Below, piece by piece: positions 17,941 to 27,903 of a stretch of 64,000 bases of DNA (position 1 is the stretch's first letter; each line of letters opens with the position of its first letter). The DNA is from an uncultured Chloroflexia bacterium (lineage in GTDB: Bacteria; Chloroflexota; Anaerolineae; Anaerolineales; UBA4823): contig CAWBYY010000001.1 in assembly GCA_963793095.1 (NCBI GenBank), positions 70,431-134,430 on the forward strand, given 5' to 3'. The translations under genes were made by a program, and so were the position numbers. The notes under the pieces are model-generated. The model was not told where the DNA came from. It did no database searches and was given only the letters and a program-made list of their open reading frames with translations.

Positions 17941-19977
17941 CTAGGCTTTTTTTAGCTTTCTGAAAATTAGATAGCCTGCTATGGCAAGCCCAACCAGCAA
18001 GATTGCTGGAAGCACAACTGTCGGAAATAGAGCCAGCACCCGGACGTTTATTTTTTGAACGGCTGTGGTCACATTGCCCCTACCATCGTCAGCCTGCCAG
18101 GTGACCATGGTTATACCGGGTTTAAACAGTTGGTTTTCGGGCGCATCATTAGTGACCATAACCTCGCTGGCGCAGGCGTCATTTGCCGAGGCTTTCCCTA
18201 TATCAATATATACAGAATTTGTTCCGGGAGAGTAAATCTGGGTCTCGATATCAGCCGGGATTGTCAGGTCGGGCGCAACACTGTCGCCCACCTCAACATT
18301 AAAGTTGTCAACGTCAACCAGCCCATCGGTATCTTCGACGAGAAGAGATATGGCGTGTACACCGTATCCAAGCTGGTAAGGTTTGATTTCAACTTTGGCT
18401 TTACTGCCCCATAAGTGTTCGGTTGCAGTCCCGTAGTCTTCATACCATTCGAACTTCGGCAGGTTGGCAGGGGAGGGGGCGTAAACATCAAACGAACCTG
18501 CTGCGTTCAAATATACTGGTGTGGCGTTGGTGTTCTCCTGGCACTCCGCATACTTGGTTGACTCGATTCCGACTGCTTTTGGTGAGAAACTCACAAAGCG
18601 ACCTTCTAAATCCGGGATGATATCCATTTTCGCCGGCTGCCCGTTCAGGGTGATCGTCGTTTGAATTGTCCCGGAAATATCGAAAGTGCGCTTTATATGG
18701 TCGATGGAAATATCCAATGGTTTTACATTCTCAGAATTCCACAGCAGCGTTTTTCCGTCATGTTTGGCGCTTTCGGCGCCGATAAACTCGCCGGCCGGGA
18801 TCTGGTATGTATCACATGGCTGACCGAATACGGGTGAAGTATCGGTGCATTTTGCGGTGGGGTAATTCAACATGGCGACTTTATTTTCGCTGAAGGTCCC
18901 GATGTCGGTTTGAAATGGGGCGAGATTCAACAACATGCTTTGCAATTCCAAATCCATTGTTTGGGGGTGATAATCAAACTGGAGGTGTCCGCTGGCGCTG
19001 CTCTGGTACTGCTTGCCTTTTACATGAATGGCTGCTTTTGAAGGAGGAATAAATTCGATTTCAGAAGTCATTGGAGAGATTTTCAAAGCGCCCCCGGTCA
19101 GGGTGTGGGCAGATGCGCAGTCCATGATAAAAGTGCAGGTGATATTCCGGCATTGGTAAGGCCCTGCATTGTTGTTGCATAATTGTGTGGTTTTTGTTAT
19201 CGCTTCTGCTTCAGTAAAATAACAATCTTTGTGGGGCAGGGTATCCACTTTGTGGCCGATACTGCAGTTTGATTTCTGCTCGGGTTTGATAAAAACCAGA
19301 TACATGGCGCGGTTATCCAATGGGATATTCCCCCAGTCAGGGGAATCATAACTGTTCCCTTCTATGGTGACAATCTGGTTAGCAGTTGGTTTGACTTTTT
19401 TTCGCCAGACCTCAAGTTTTACAAATTGTTTGGGAACGCCGGGGCGTTTATCCAGCATCGAGATCACCAGATAGAGGGGCTGGTTGACCAGATCGTTCTT
19501 CACCTGCCAGTAATTTTTAGTCAGCCAATCAGGTTTTTGATTTGCCCTTGAATCATAGGCAATGTACAAATCCTCTATATCTTGTTTTGTTACGAAATCG
19601 AGAAAATCTGAGGCGGTTTCATCCCAATCATCAGCGCCTGTCATAATCAGGTGGGCGCCCTTCAATTCACTTACCTGGATATCCCAGATGTACACCTGTT
19701 GGTTCCAGTACACCTGATATGGTTCGTTTTCATTCTTCCAGACCTCCGGAATAACTTTATAATTTGAGATCTGAGGAAATTGGATTGAAGGCTGGATAGT
19801 TACGGTAAGCGGCTGGTTTGCCATCGGGCAATACCAGCGTTCTGCTTCGCATTCGTAGTACCATGACGTGGGTGGTATCCCGCTGGTATCGAATATGCAG
19901 CTGGAAATCGACCCTAACAGGATAATTAAAAATGCAGCCGGTAAAAATGTCAGACCCAGGACCAGATACTTCTTCAT
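17941..19977 (-). CDS. large exported surface protein, putative lipoprotein with C-terminal TM anchor and HYR-like Ig-fold segment
   Basis: The start ATG 19977 follows a strong AAGGAGG RBS. The signal peptide has a lipobox-like ISSC (MKKYLVLGLTFLPAAFLIILLGSISSC). The C-terminal hydrophobic anchor is FPTVVLPAILLVGLAIAGYLIFRKLKKA. The segment ...APDLTIPADIE...ANDACASEVMVTND...PGITMVTWQADDGRGNVT... resembles a HYR domain. Confidence 0.75.
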   Translation of the reverse strand: MKKYLVLGLTFLPAAFLIILLGSISSCIFDTSGIPPTSWYYECEAERWYCPMANQPLTVTIQPSIQFPQISNYKVIPEVWKNENEPYQVYWNQQVYIWDIQVSELKGAHLIMTGADDWDETASDFLDFVTKQDIEDLYIAYDSRANQKPDWLTKNYWQVKNDLVNQPLYLVISMLDKRPGVPKQFVKLEVWRKKVKPTANQIVTIEGNSYDSPDWGNIPLDNRAMYLVFIKPEQKSNCSIGHKVDTLPHKDCYFTEAEAITKTTQLCNNNAGPYQCRNITCTFIMDCASAHTLTGGALKISPMTSEIEFIPPSKAAIHVKGKQYQSSASGHLQFDYHPQTMDLELQSMLLNLAPFQTDIGTFSENKVAMLNYPTAKCTDTSPVFGQPCDTYQIPAGEFIGAESAKHDGKTLLWNSENVKPLDISIDHIKRTFDISGTIQTTITLNGQPAKMDIIPDLEGRFVSFSPKAVGIESTKYAECQENTNATPVYLNAAGSFDVYAPSPANLPKFEWYEDYGTATEHLWGSKAKVEIKPYQLGYGVHAISLLVEDTDGLVDVDNFNVEVGDSVAPDLTIPADIETQIYSPGTNSVYIDIGKASANDACASEVMVTNDAPENQLFKPGITMVTWQADDGRGNVTTAVQKINVRVLALFPTVVLPAILLVGLAIAGYLIFRKLKKA

Positions 19978-20258
19978 CTTAATCCTCCTTAAGTAAAATC
20001 GACCGCCAGCTGCGGTCGGGAAATTGTAATTCAATGAAATGTGATGTTATTCAATTACCCCCCTGGAGGTTCGGTTACCGCCGCAGGGGAAAATCCAGGC
20101 AGGATATGATTTAAAGCACATTATAATGCACAACAATCATTTTGCCAATATTTATTGCAGTTAGTTCGAGTACAGGTCGGGTTTGGATATTTATTTGATC
20201 AGGTTATTTTATTTTTCCCCTATAATATTTTCAATAACCAGAGAAGGAGAATGTTGAT

Positions 20259-21287
20259 ATGAAAGCTGTCAGATTGGTTGAAGTCGGTAAACCGCTCGAA
20301 AACTTTGAACTCCCGTCGCCCGCGGTTGGACCTGCCGAGATCCTGGTACGGGTTAAGGCTGCCGGGATATGCCATTCGGATGCCCATTACCGTTCGGGGG
20401 TCTCGCCGGTCAGCCCGCTTCCGCTGACTCTGGGGCATGAAGTGTCCGGGGTAATCGCAGAAACGGGTCCGCTGGTTAAATCATTCAAGCCCGGGGAGCG
20501 GGTCTGCCTGCACTACATGGTCACCTGCGGAGTGTGCGAGTGGTGCAACCGGGGCAGCGAACAGTTCTGCGTGAGGGGAAAGATGATCGGAAAATACCGG
20601 GATGGAGGTTTTGCCGAATATATTCTTATCCCGGAGAGGAGTGTGTTCAGACTGCCGGATGAGATCGGCTTTGACCAGGGGGCGGTGTTAATGTGCTCAT
20701 CCGCCACCGCCCTGCATGCATTAAAAGTGGCAGGCATGTCCCCTGGCGAAAGCGTGGCAGTTTATGGAGCGGGCGGGCTGGGCACCTCCGCGATCCAGCT
20801 TGCACTGGCATACGGCGCCTGCGGGGTGTATGCGGTCGACCTGCAGCCCGGCAAACTGGAACAGGCTGAAAGGCTGGGCGCCACCCCGGTCGATCCAGCC
20901 CGGGGTGACCCGGTCGAACAAATACAGGAATTAACCGGCGGAAGGGGTGTGGATGTCGCCCTGGAACTGGTGGGTGAGCCGGTCACAATGGACCAGGCAT
21001 TCCGCTCACTGGGGATAAAGGGGAGGGCGGCAATCGCCGGGTTGACCGATAAAAAATTTGAGATCGAACCCTACCGGTTTTTACTGAACAGGGAAGCCCG
21101 GGTCATTGGTGTATCAGACCATCTGGCTCAGGAGATACCCGAACTAATCAAATGGGTTCAAACCGGCGCCCTGGACTTGAGCCATGCGGTAACAGCCCAC
21201 ATTCCCCTGGATGCGGACCCAATTAACGCCGCACTTGACCGGCTTGATGGATACGGCGAGGGTATCAGAACTGTGATAGAAACATAA
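20259..21287 (+). CDS. zinc-dependent alcohol dehydrogenase (MDR superfamily)
   Basis: GICHSDAH, GHEVSGVI, the structural-zinc motif CGVCEWC and GAGGLG are present. The RBS is GAAGGAGA. Confidence 0.85.
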   Translation: MKAVRLVEVGKPLENFELPSPAVGPAEILVRVKAAGICHSDAHYRSGVSPVSPLPLTLGHEVSGVIAETGPLVKSFKPGERVCLHYMVTCGVCEWCNRGSEQFCVRGKMIGKYRDGGFAEYILIPERSVFRLPDEIGFDQGAVLMCSSATALHALKVAGMSPGESVAVYGAGGLGTSAIQLALAYGACGVYAVDLQPGKLEQAERLGATPVDPARGDPVEQIQELTGGRGVDVALELVGEPVTMDQAFRSLGIKGRAAIAGLTDKKFEIEPYRFLLNREARVIGVSDHLAQEIPELIKWVQTGALDLSHAVTAHIPLDADPINAALDRLDGYGEGIRTVIET

Positions 21288-21379
21288 AGGTTAAGGCTTC
21301 GATATTCTTAACCAGTTGGTTAATGTGTATAATGAAAACCGGTTTGTGGAACAAAGAAATGGCGTAAAAGGACCGCAGA

Positions 21380-22480
21380 ATGGGATTAAGTGTCGGGATC
21401 ATTGGTTTGCCCAACGTAGGTAAAAGCACGGTGTTTAACGCCCTGACCGGGACGCAGAACGCGGAAGTGGCGAATTACCCCTTCTGCACCATCAAACCGA
21501 ACCATGCGGTCGTCCCGGTCCCGGATGAAAGGGTTGAAAAACTGGCTGAACTGGTGAATGTGCCCGATTCAATCCATGCAACCATCGAGTTCTTCGATAT
21601 AGCCGGCCTGGTGGCAGGAGCAAGTAAAGGGGAAGGGCTGGGGAACCGGTTTCTGGCAAATATCCGCGAAACTGCAGCCGTTGTCCATGTTGTGCGCTGT
21701 TTTGATGACTCGAATGTCGTCCATGTCAGCGCCGAGCTCAACCCCGCTGAGGACATTGAAGTTGTGAACCTGGAGCTTATTCTTTCAGACCTTGAACAGC
21801 TGGAAAGAAAAATTGAGCGCCTCTCGAGCCAGGCAAAGGCGGATAAATCCATCCGGCCTGTGCTCGATTTTTGTTTTGATTTGCGGGACCATTTTGCGGC
21901 AGGGAACCCGGGGCGGGACTTCCCCGGGAGATACAGGGAAGAATTTGAAAATTTGAATAAAGAACTGCGCTTTCTGACAATCAAGCCGGTGATCTATGCC
22001 GCCAATGTGGACGAGAGCGGGCTGGGGGAGAAACCAGAATGCGTACAGATTGTGGAGGATACAGCCAGAGCTGAAGGGGCGGAACTTGTTGTTTTTTGCG
22101 CAAGGCTGGAGGAAGAGATGGTCAGCATGACTAAAGAAGAACGGCGGGAATTTTTAGAACTGGCTGGCGCGGATGAGAGCGGACTGCAGCAAGTCATCCG
22201 TAAAAGTTTCGAAGCGCTGAACCTGATCAGTTTCTTTACCAAAAACAAGAACGAAGTGCGGGCATGGACGGTGGAAAGAGGGACCAGCGCGCCGCAGGCG
22301 GCTGGCGAAATCCACACTGATTTTGAACGTGGATTTATAAAGGCGGAGGTCGTGTCCTTTGAAAAATTCATTGAGTACGGGAGCGACAGCGCCCTCAAAT
22401 CCGCTGGTTTGATGCGCCAGGAAGGAAAGGATTATGTCGTGCGGGACGGCGATATTATCTATTTCAGATTCAATGTTTAG
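21380..22480 (+). CDS. ychF: redox-regulated ribosome-binding ATPase YchF
   Basis: GIIGLPNVGKSTVFNALT (G1 motif), 366 aa length and the C-terminal YVVRDGDIIYFRFNV (TGS/YchF C-terminus) all match. Confidence 0.95.
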   Translation: MGLSVGIIGLPNVGKSTVFNALTGTQNAEVANYPFCTIKPNHAVVPVPDERVEKLAELVNVPDSIHATIEFFDIAGLVAGASKGEGLGNRFLANIRETAAVVHVVRCFDDSNVVHVSAELNPAEDIEVVNLELILSDLEQLERKIERLSSQAKADKSIRPVLDFCFDLRDHFAAGNPGRDFPGRYREEFENLNKELRFLTIKPVIYAANVDESGLGEKPECVQIVEDTARAEGAELVVFCARLEEEMVSMTKEERREFLELAGADESGLQQVIRKSFEALNLISFFTKNKNEVRAWTVERGTSAPQAAGEIHTDFERGFIKAEVVSFEKFIEYGSDSALKSAGLMRQEGKDYVVRDGDIIYFRFNV

Positions 22481-22498
22481 CGGAAAGGATGGCTGCTG

Positions 22499-23251
22499 GT
22501 GAAACTGGCTGCTTTTGATATCGAGATCGCGAAAGAAATCCCCAAAAACGCAAAGGAATGGGAAAAATATGAGCCGCTGGGTATCAGCTGTGCGGCGCTA
22601 GCTCTCAGCGATGGCAGCCAGGTGCGCTTCTGGAAGAATTTCCCCCAGATGGGACGGGCGGACTGCACACAACTGGTGGAAGATTTAGCTGGTTATGTTG
22701 AAAATGGGTACAGCCTCCTGACCTGGAACGGGTGCAAATTTGATTTTAATGTACTGGCCCAGGAGAGCGGGCTTTATGAGCGCTGCGCCCGGATGGCTCT
22801 GGACCATTATGACCTGATGCTCATGGTTACTTTCAGCCAGGGCCACTTTTTGAGTTTGCAGGCTGCTTTGGACGGCTCCGGATTGAAAGGAAAATTAAAA
22901 AGCGTGACTTTAAAGGACGGCCAGCTGCTAGCCGGAATGGATGGCTCCCAGGCTCCGCAGCTGTGGGCGCAAGGGGAATACGAGGCGGTGCTGGCCTATC
23001 TCAAGGAGGATGTGATGCAGCTCCTGGACCTTGCCCGGGTCACCGTTAAGAACAGAGCCCTGCGCTGGAAAAGCCGTTCGGGCAATTTGCGCAGGATGCC
23101 TGTGGAGCGGCTGTTGAGGGTGGGCGAATGTTTTAAGCTGCCCGAGCCGGATGTATCCTGGTTATCCCATCCGCCAAGCAGGGCTGGTTTTATCGACTGG
23201 ATGCCGGCTGAGGTCAGGGGATCCCTGAGCCGCCAATCAGGACGGATTTAA
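22499..23251 (+). CDS. RNase H-fold DEDDy-type 3'-5' exonuclease-like protein
   Basis: The motifs are AFDIE (Exo I), TWNGCKFDFNVL (Exo II) and AYLKEDV (Exo III YxxxD). The start is GTG. The functional call is by motif only. Confidence 0.55.
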   Translation: MKLAAFDIEIAKEIPKNAKEWEKYEPLGISCAALALSDGSQVRFWKNFPQMGRADCTQLVEDLAGYVENGYSLLTWNGCKFDFNVLAQESGLYERCARMALDHYDLMLMVTFSQGHFLSLQAALDGSGLKGKLKSVTLKDGQLLAGMDGSQAPQLWAQGEYEAVLAYLKEDVMQLLDLARVTVKNRALRWKSRSGNLRRMPVERLLRVGECFKLPEPDVSWLSHPPSRAGFIDWMPAEVRGSLSRQSGRI

Positions 23252-24429
23252 ATCAGAGCCAGCTGTTTGCCGACCTTTTCGAATGCAGACAGGACCTGAT
23301 CCAGCTGGGCGTCGGTGTGGGTAGCCATGTAGCTGGTCCGCAGCATCTGCCTGCCAGGCGCAACAGCCGGGGAGATAACCGCATTGACGAAAACGCCGCT
23401 GTCAAACAACATTTTCCAGGTGAAGAAAGTTTTAATGTCATCGCCAATCAGGATCGGGATGACCGGGGTTTCTGAATTGCCGGTATTGAAACCCAGCTTT
23501 TTATATTCATCCCGCATATAATCGGCAATCTGGTGCAACCTTTCAACCCGTTCCGGTTCAGTGCGCATAATTTCAAGCGCAGCCATCACCGCTGCGGTAT
23601 TGGAGGGAGGGATGCTTGCGCTGAAGATCAAGGAACGGGCGTGGTGTTTAATAAAATGGATAACCACTTCATCGCCGGCGATAAAGCCTCCCAGTGAGGC
23701 GAAGGATTTGCTGAATGTTGACATGATTAAATCCACATCGTCGGTCATATCAAAATGGGCAGCCGTACCGCGGCCCTGGCCCAGGACACCCATTGCATGG
23801 GCGTCATCAACCATCAGGCGGGCGCCGTAGCGTTTGCAGATGGGGATTAACTCGGGAAGCGGGGCGATGTCGCCTTCCATGCTGAATAAGCCATCAACAA
23901 CCACAAGTTTTGCCCTGTCCTCCGGGAGCCCTGATAACACCCTCTCGAGGTCCTCCATATCGTTATGGCGGAAGCGTTTGATCATCCCTCTGCTGAGAAA
24001 GGCCCCATCGACAATGCTGGCGTGATCGTCCTTATCCAGGATGATGATATCGTCTTTGCAGATCATCGCGCTGATTACGCCCAGGTTGACCTGCATACCG
24101 GTTGAAAAGATCAACGCCGCTTCTTTTCCAACCCATTCGGCGAGTTCTGCCTCCAGTTGTTCGTGCATTTCGAGGGTGCCGTTCAAGAAGCGCGAGCCGG
24201 TGCAGCTTGTCCCGAAAGTGTGGATCGCGTCGATGGCTGCCTGGCGTACCTTTGGATGGGTAGTCAGCCCCAGGTAATTATTCGAGCCGCACATAATAAG
24301 CCTTTGTCCCTGGAATTCCGCTTCGGTGCCTTCATTGCCGCTCAGCGGGATGAAATAAGGGTAGATCCCGGCAGCCATAGCATCTTTTGCGGCGGTAAAA
24401 CCTGTACATTTTTCAAATAAGTCCACCAT
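23248..24429 (-). CDS. alpha-oxoamine synthase, serine-palmitoyltransferase-like
   Basis: GSNNYLGLTTHP, GSRFLNGT, RFRHNDMEDLERVLSGLPEDRAKLVVVDGLFSMEGDIAPL, DDAHAMG and STFSKSFASLGG (PLP Lys) are present. As I recall them, the segments closely parallel Sphingomonas SPT. Confidence 0.85.
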   Translation of the reverse strand: MVDLFEKCTGFTAAKDAMAAGIYPYFIPLSGNEGTEAEFQGQRLIMCGSNNYLGLTTHPKVRQAAIDAIHTFGTSCTGSRFLNGTLEMHEQLEAELAEWVGKEAALIFSTGMQVNLGVISAMICKDDIIILDKDDHASIVDGAFLSRGMIKRFRHNDMEDLERVLSGLPEDRAKLVVVDGLFSMEGDIAPLPELIPICKRYGARLMVDDAHAMGVLGQGRGTAAHFDMTDDVDLIMSTFSKSFASLGGFIAGDEVVIHFIKHHARSLIFSASIPPSNTAAVMAALEIMRTEPERVERLHQIADYMRDEYKKLGFNTGNSETPVIPILIGDDIKTFFTWKMLFDSGVFVNAVISPAVAPGRQMLRTSYMATHTDAQLDQVLSAFEKVGKQLALI

Positions 24430-24537
24430 AATGTCACTCCTTATCAGCGAATAATAAAACTGTAAAAAATAAATAAAACAGTAATTATTGAAGACAGTTA
24501 AATCCCGATTACCAGTCTAAAAATATAATCCCAACGG

Positions 24538-25396
24538 TTAAGAGCCCGAGTCTGGAGGGTGTTCCTGGTTAGAGTTATCAATTTGCTTAATCGCCCTGTT
24601 ATGCAGCCAATCCAGGACAGGAAACACACCCTTGCCAAGGATATTGATCGATTTAAATATTAATTTCATCCCAGCATCCGGAATAATCACTTCCTGGTTT
24701 CGTTCGATCCCTTCAAGGATCTGGCGGGCTACTTTTTCCGGACGGTAACGGGTCAGTTGCAGGGACGAAATCAAGGATTTTTTTCCAGGCTTCTGGCTTG
24801 AACCTGTTCTCATATTCTAATTGGGGCGTATCCGTATCCGCTGGATAGACAATCGAAACATGGATGCCATGCGGTTTCAACTCCATGCGCAGGGCGTCAG
24901 AAAAACCGCGCAGGGCAAATTTGGAAGCCGCGTAGGCAGTGTAACCAATGACCCCGATTACAGCCATCATCGAAGCGATATTGACTATATGACCTGCCCC
25001 CCTTTCCAACATGCCCGGAAGCACTGCTTTGGTGAGGTTGACTGCCCCGAAATAATTCACATCCATCATCCAGTGGTAGGTTGCCAGGTCCAGGTCCCGG
25101 GTATAGCCGGGTTGGACCACCCCGGCGGAGTTGATGACCATATCAGGATACCAGCCGTTCTCTAAAAGCTGCCCAACGCTGCGGTTGACCTGTTCTTCAT
25201 TTGAAACATCTGTGGGGAAGGCGTAATGCTGGCCGGGATGGATTTTTTGAATTTCACTTAGGGCATTTTCCAGCTGGGGGATGGTCCGGGCAAAGATAGA
25301 AATATTAGCGCCTTCAGTTGCCAGCTGCCGTGAAAGTTCCAATCCAATCCCGCTGCTTCCCCCGCTTATCAGGACATTGCGGTCTTTAAATTCCAT
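24538..25396 (-). pseudogene. short-chain dehydrogenase, 3-ketodihydrosphingosine-reductase-like, reading frame interrupted at a 7-nt homopolymer (3n+1)
   Basis: N-part ORF 24713..25396 (VLISGGSSGIGLELSRQL..., YAASKFAL) and C-part ORF 24538..24813. Removing one base from the T7 run at 24778-24784 (A7 in sense) gives YPADTDTPQLEYENRFKPEAWKKSLISSLQLTRYRPEKVARQILEGI, which parallels the KDSR C-terminal region. Confidence 0.75.
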
Positions 25397-25431
25397 GGAT
25401 GCTCGTGGAACGATTAGTATTACAGGAAAAT

Positions 25432-25803
25432 CTAAACATGCTGGTCTACAAGAATTGGATTTCCATCCGGGTCTTCAATGATAAAACTGGCCGGGCCGGT
25501 TGTGCTCTCATCCGCTTCGCTGATAAATTTCAGACCCTGCTCTTTGAGCAGGTGCTGCAGGTCGCGGATGTCTGTAAATTGATCCAGTTTATTGGTGTCG
25601 CTGTCCCACCCTGGATTGAACGTCAGTATATTCTTCTCGAACATCCCCTGGAACAGACCGATGGTGGTACCCATATTTTTTAATATCAACCAGTTCTGGG
25701 CCGGGTCGCCACCGAATACTTCAAAACCCAGTTTTTCATAGAATTGTCTTGAGGCTTCAATGCTTTTAACGGTCAAACTTATCGAAAATGCACCCAGTTC
25801 CAT
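25432..25803 (-). CDS. VOC (glyoxalase/bleomycin-resistance) family protein
   Basis: I moved the start to ATG 25803 ([29 protein letters not shown]...) with an AGGAGA RBS. The upstream extension in the track overlaps galK. Confidence 0.75.
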   Translation of the reverse strand: MELGAFSISLTVKSIEASRQFYEKLGFEVFGGDPAQNWLILKNMGTTIGLFQGMFEKNILTFNPGWDSDTNKLDQFTDIRDLQHLLKEQGLKFISEADESTTGPASFIIEDPDGNPILVDQHV

Positions 25804-25813
25804 CTGTTTTCTC

Positions 25814-26980
25814 CTAAAGATAAAGCACACTGGCTCCCTGGCTGGGGCGGCAAAGATAAATCTGAGCCCTGAGGCCAGTGTCCTGGTAGTATTCTTCGCC
25901 AAGCCGGGCGATAAAATCTTGCTCGCTTTTTTCCTGAACGAGGTTTACTGTGCACCCGCCGAACCCAGCCCCGGTAAGACGGGCGCCGATGCAGCCCTCC
26001 AGATCCCGGGTAAGTTTAACGAGCGTGTCCAATTCGGGTGTGCTGACTTCGTACGAGTCACGCAGGCTGGCATGGCTGGCGTACATCAAGGCTCCGAAAA
26101 CCTGTTCATCGCCACGGTGAAGGGCGTTCAGGGCTGAATTTACCCGGGCGATTTCTTTAACAACATGTTCTGCCCTCATTCTTTCTATCCTGGGAAGGAA
26201 TTCACTGTAGGCGGCAAATTCAACCGGGGATATATCCCGCAGAGATTGGATTCCCGGAAGGTATTCCCGCAGATGCCTGACGGCGCTTTCACAGGAGAGG
26301 CGCCTATCATTGTACCCTGAAGAGGTCAAAGAACGGCGGACATTTGAGTCAGCGATAATGATACTCAGATAATCCGGAAGCGGGGCTGGCTGGTATTCCA
26401 GACTGCGGGTGTCAAAGTATAAGGCATGGCCTTCGACGCCGCAGGCGCTCGCAAATTGATCCATCAGACCGCAGGAAACCCCGACATATTCGTTTTCCGC
26501 CCGCTGGCAAATTTTGGCCATTTCGAGCGGTTCGATCTCCCAATCCTCTAAACCCTGCCAGGTGAAACCGAATCCTACTTCAACCGCAGCCGAGGAACTC
26601 AAGCCGGCGCCAATTGGGATGTTGGAACTGTACACTGCGTTGATCCCCTGAACATTCAAACCTGATTCGATAAGCGCCCAGGCGACTCCAGCCGGGTAAA
26701 ACGCCCAGGCTGGCAGCGGATTTCCAACCTCATCCACTTTATCGCTCAAATCAGCGATATTAATGACAGATTCCTGTTCAAGATCCACTGCGTACAGGCG
26801 GATTTTGTTGTCAGCGTTTCTCGAAGCGGCGATGTTGACCTCTCTATCGATCGCGACCGGCAGTACCGGGCCTTCGTTGTAATCGACATGTTCGCCGATC
26901 AGGTTAACTCTCCCCGGGGCGCGGGTAAGCAGGTAAGGTTGGTGAGAGAATTTATCCGTAAAAATGCTAATAATCTGCAT
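25814..26980 (-). CDS. galK: galactokinase
   Basis: [17 protein letters not shown] (galactokinase signature), the GHMP motif [11 protein letters not shown], and GAGFGGC are present. Confidence 0.9.
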   Translation of the reverse strand: MQIISIFTDKFSHQPYLLTRAPGRVNLIGEHVDYNEGPVLPVAIDREVNIAASRNADNKIRLYAVDLEQESVINIADLSDKVDEVGNPLPAWAFYPAGVAWALIESGLNVQGINAVYSSNIPIGAGLSSSAAVEVGFGFTWQGLEDWEIEPLEMAKICQRAENEYVGVSCGLMDQFASACGVEGHALYFDTRSLEYQPAPLPDYLSIIIADSNVRRSLTSSGYNDRRLSCESAVRHLREYLPGIQSLRDISPVEFAAYSEFLPRIERMRAEHVVKEIARVNSALNALHRGDEQVFGALMYASHASLRDSYEVSTPELDTLVKLTRDLEGCIGARLTGAGFGGCTVNLVQEKSEQDFIARLGEEYYQDTGLRAQIYLCRPSQGASVLYL

Positions 26981-27086
26981 CAGATCATGCGCCTGGTGGA
27001 ATATCCGCTATATTTTGTGGCATTTCTTGGCTGTCTCGCAGGTGGAATTCAGACAAAACCATTTTACTCTAATATTTTATTTGAAT

Positions 27087-27269
27087 TTATTTTGTAAGCA
27101 CTGCCAGTATATTGCCAATTACAACCAGGCCCATCAGAAACCATATCCAGCCAATCGAGTTGTTATTAGCGGCATAATACATAAATATTGGAGGCAGGAT
27201 CATGAGGGTAAATGCGGCGAGATGGATTTGAAATTTTCGTTCGGGTGTGTTTTTAAGAATTTTGGGCAC
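27087..27269 (-). CDS. small two-TM membrane protein (hypothetical)
   Basis: 60 aa with a GTG start preceded by AAGGA. It has two hydrophobic helices (LAAFTLMILPPIFMYY, IWFLMGLVVIGNILAVL). I recognise no homology. Confidence 0.4.
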   Translation of the reverse strand: MPKILKNTPERKFQIHLAAFTLMILPPIFMYYAANNNSIGWIWFLMGLVVIGNILAVLTK

Positions 27270-27329
27270 GGTTATTTTTTCCTTGAGCCAAAGTTGTAAA
27301 AACCTGCAACTGGCGGCATGTAGAAGATT

Positions 27330-27884
27330 TCAGAAAGGCCGGGGGGGATTTCCGAAGTTAAATGCGCCAGGGAAATCCGGGGAAACCTTTTTCTCCTTCC
27401 CGCTCCAGGATTTAATGTTGATTTTATAGACAGCGGTTCCAGACAGCGCGTTTTCATCTAACCCCGGATAATCCTGACCGGGCCGCAGATGGGGGAAATA
27501 TTTGTCCAGGAGACACTGCAGGGCGTAGATTCTTGCGGAGATCTCAGAGAGGATTTCTGCGTGGCCGTAAACGACAACGCTGGCGTACTCGAGGCTGAAT
27601 TCCCGGGCTTCCTCGGCTGGAAGCAAGCGTCCCATTTCAGCCACTGTGAAGCACACCTTGCGGTTGGCTTTTATATTGTCGGCTGTCCGACCCTGGGAGG
27701 CGGTGTGGATATAAATTGCATTGGTTTCTTCATCATAAACAAACAGATTATTATTGATGAAAGGTTGATCTTCGGAAACTGTTGCCAGCATCCCAAACGG
27801 CGCTTCCAGCAGGAAGTTTTTGATCCACTCCTGGTCGGTTACCTCCCGGTCTGTTCTTCTGATCTGGTTGATTGGTTTATTCAT
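27330..27884 (-). CDS. pyridoxamine 5'-phosphate oxidase-family FMN-binding protein
   Basis: RRTDREVTDQEWIKNFLLEAPFGMLATV...LFVYDEETNAIYIHTA is the pattern of PNPOx/NimA-like split-barrel proteins. Confidence 0.8.
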   Translation of the reverse strand: MNKPINQIRRTDREVTDQEWIKNFLLEAPFGMLATVSEDQPFINNNLFVYDEETNAIYIHTASQGRTADNIKANRKVCFTVAEMGRLLPAEEAREFSLEYASVVVYGHAEILSEISARIYALQCLLDKYFPHLRPGQDYPGLDENALSGTAVYKINIKSWSGKEKKVSPDFPGAFNFGNPPRPF

Positions 27885-27903
27885 AATAGAGTCCCTTTAT
27901 ATC

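Noticed and set aside
21289-21313. Hairpin GGTTAAG...CTTAACC right after the ADH stop, considered as a terminator, and a TATAAT at 21328-21333, considered as the ychF promoter.
   Set aside because: The stem is only 7 bp and AT-rich, with no T-tract. The -10 box has only a weak -35 (TTCTTA). This is too weak to list as a feature.
21475-22398. Minus-strand ORFs of 169 and 134 aa inside ychF.
   Set aside because: They are antisense to a near-universally conserved gene and have Ser-rich junk translations.
24778-24784. Programmed frameshift or slippage signal at the A7/T7 runs (24778-24784 and 37822-37828), considered as the primary explanation.
   Set aside because: Other split genes have the same +1 geometry at sites with no slippery run, for example 28626-28640 and 13441-13455. 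A general technical cause is therefore more parsimonious. The idea is kept as an alternative in the frameshift finding.
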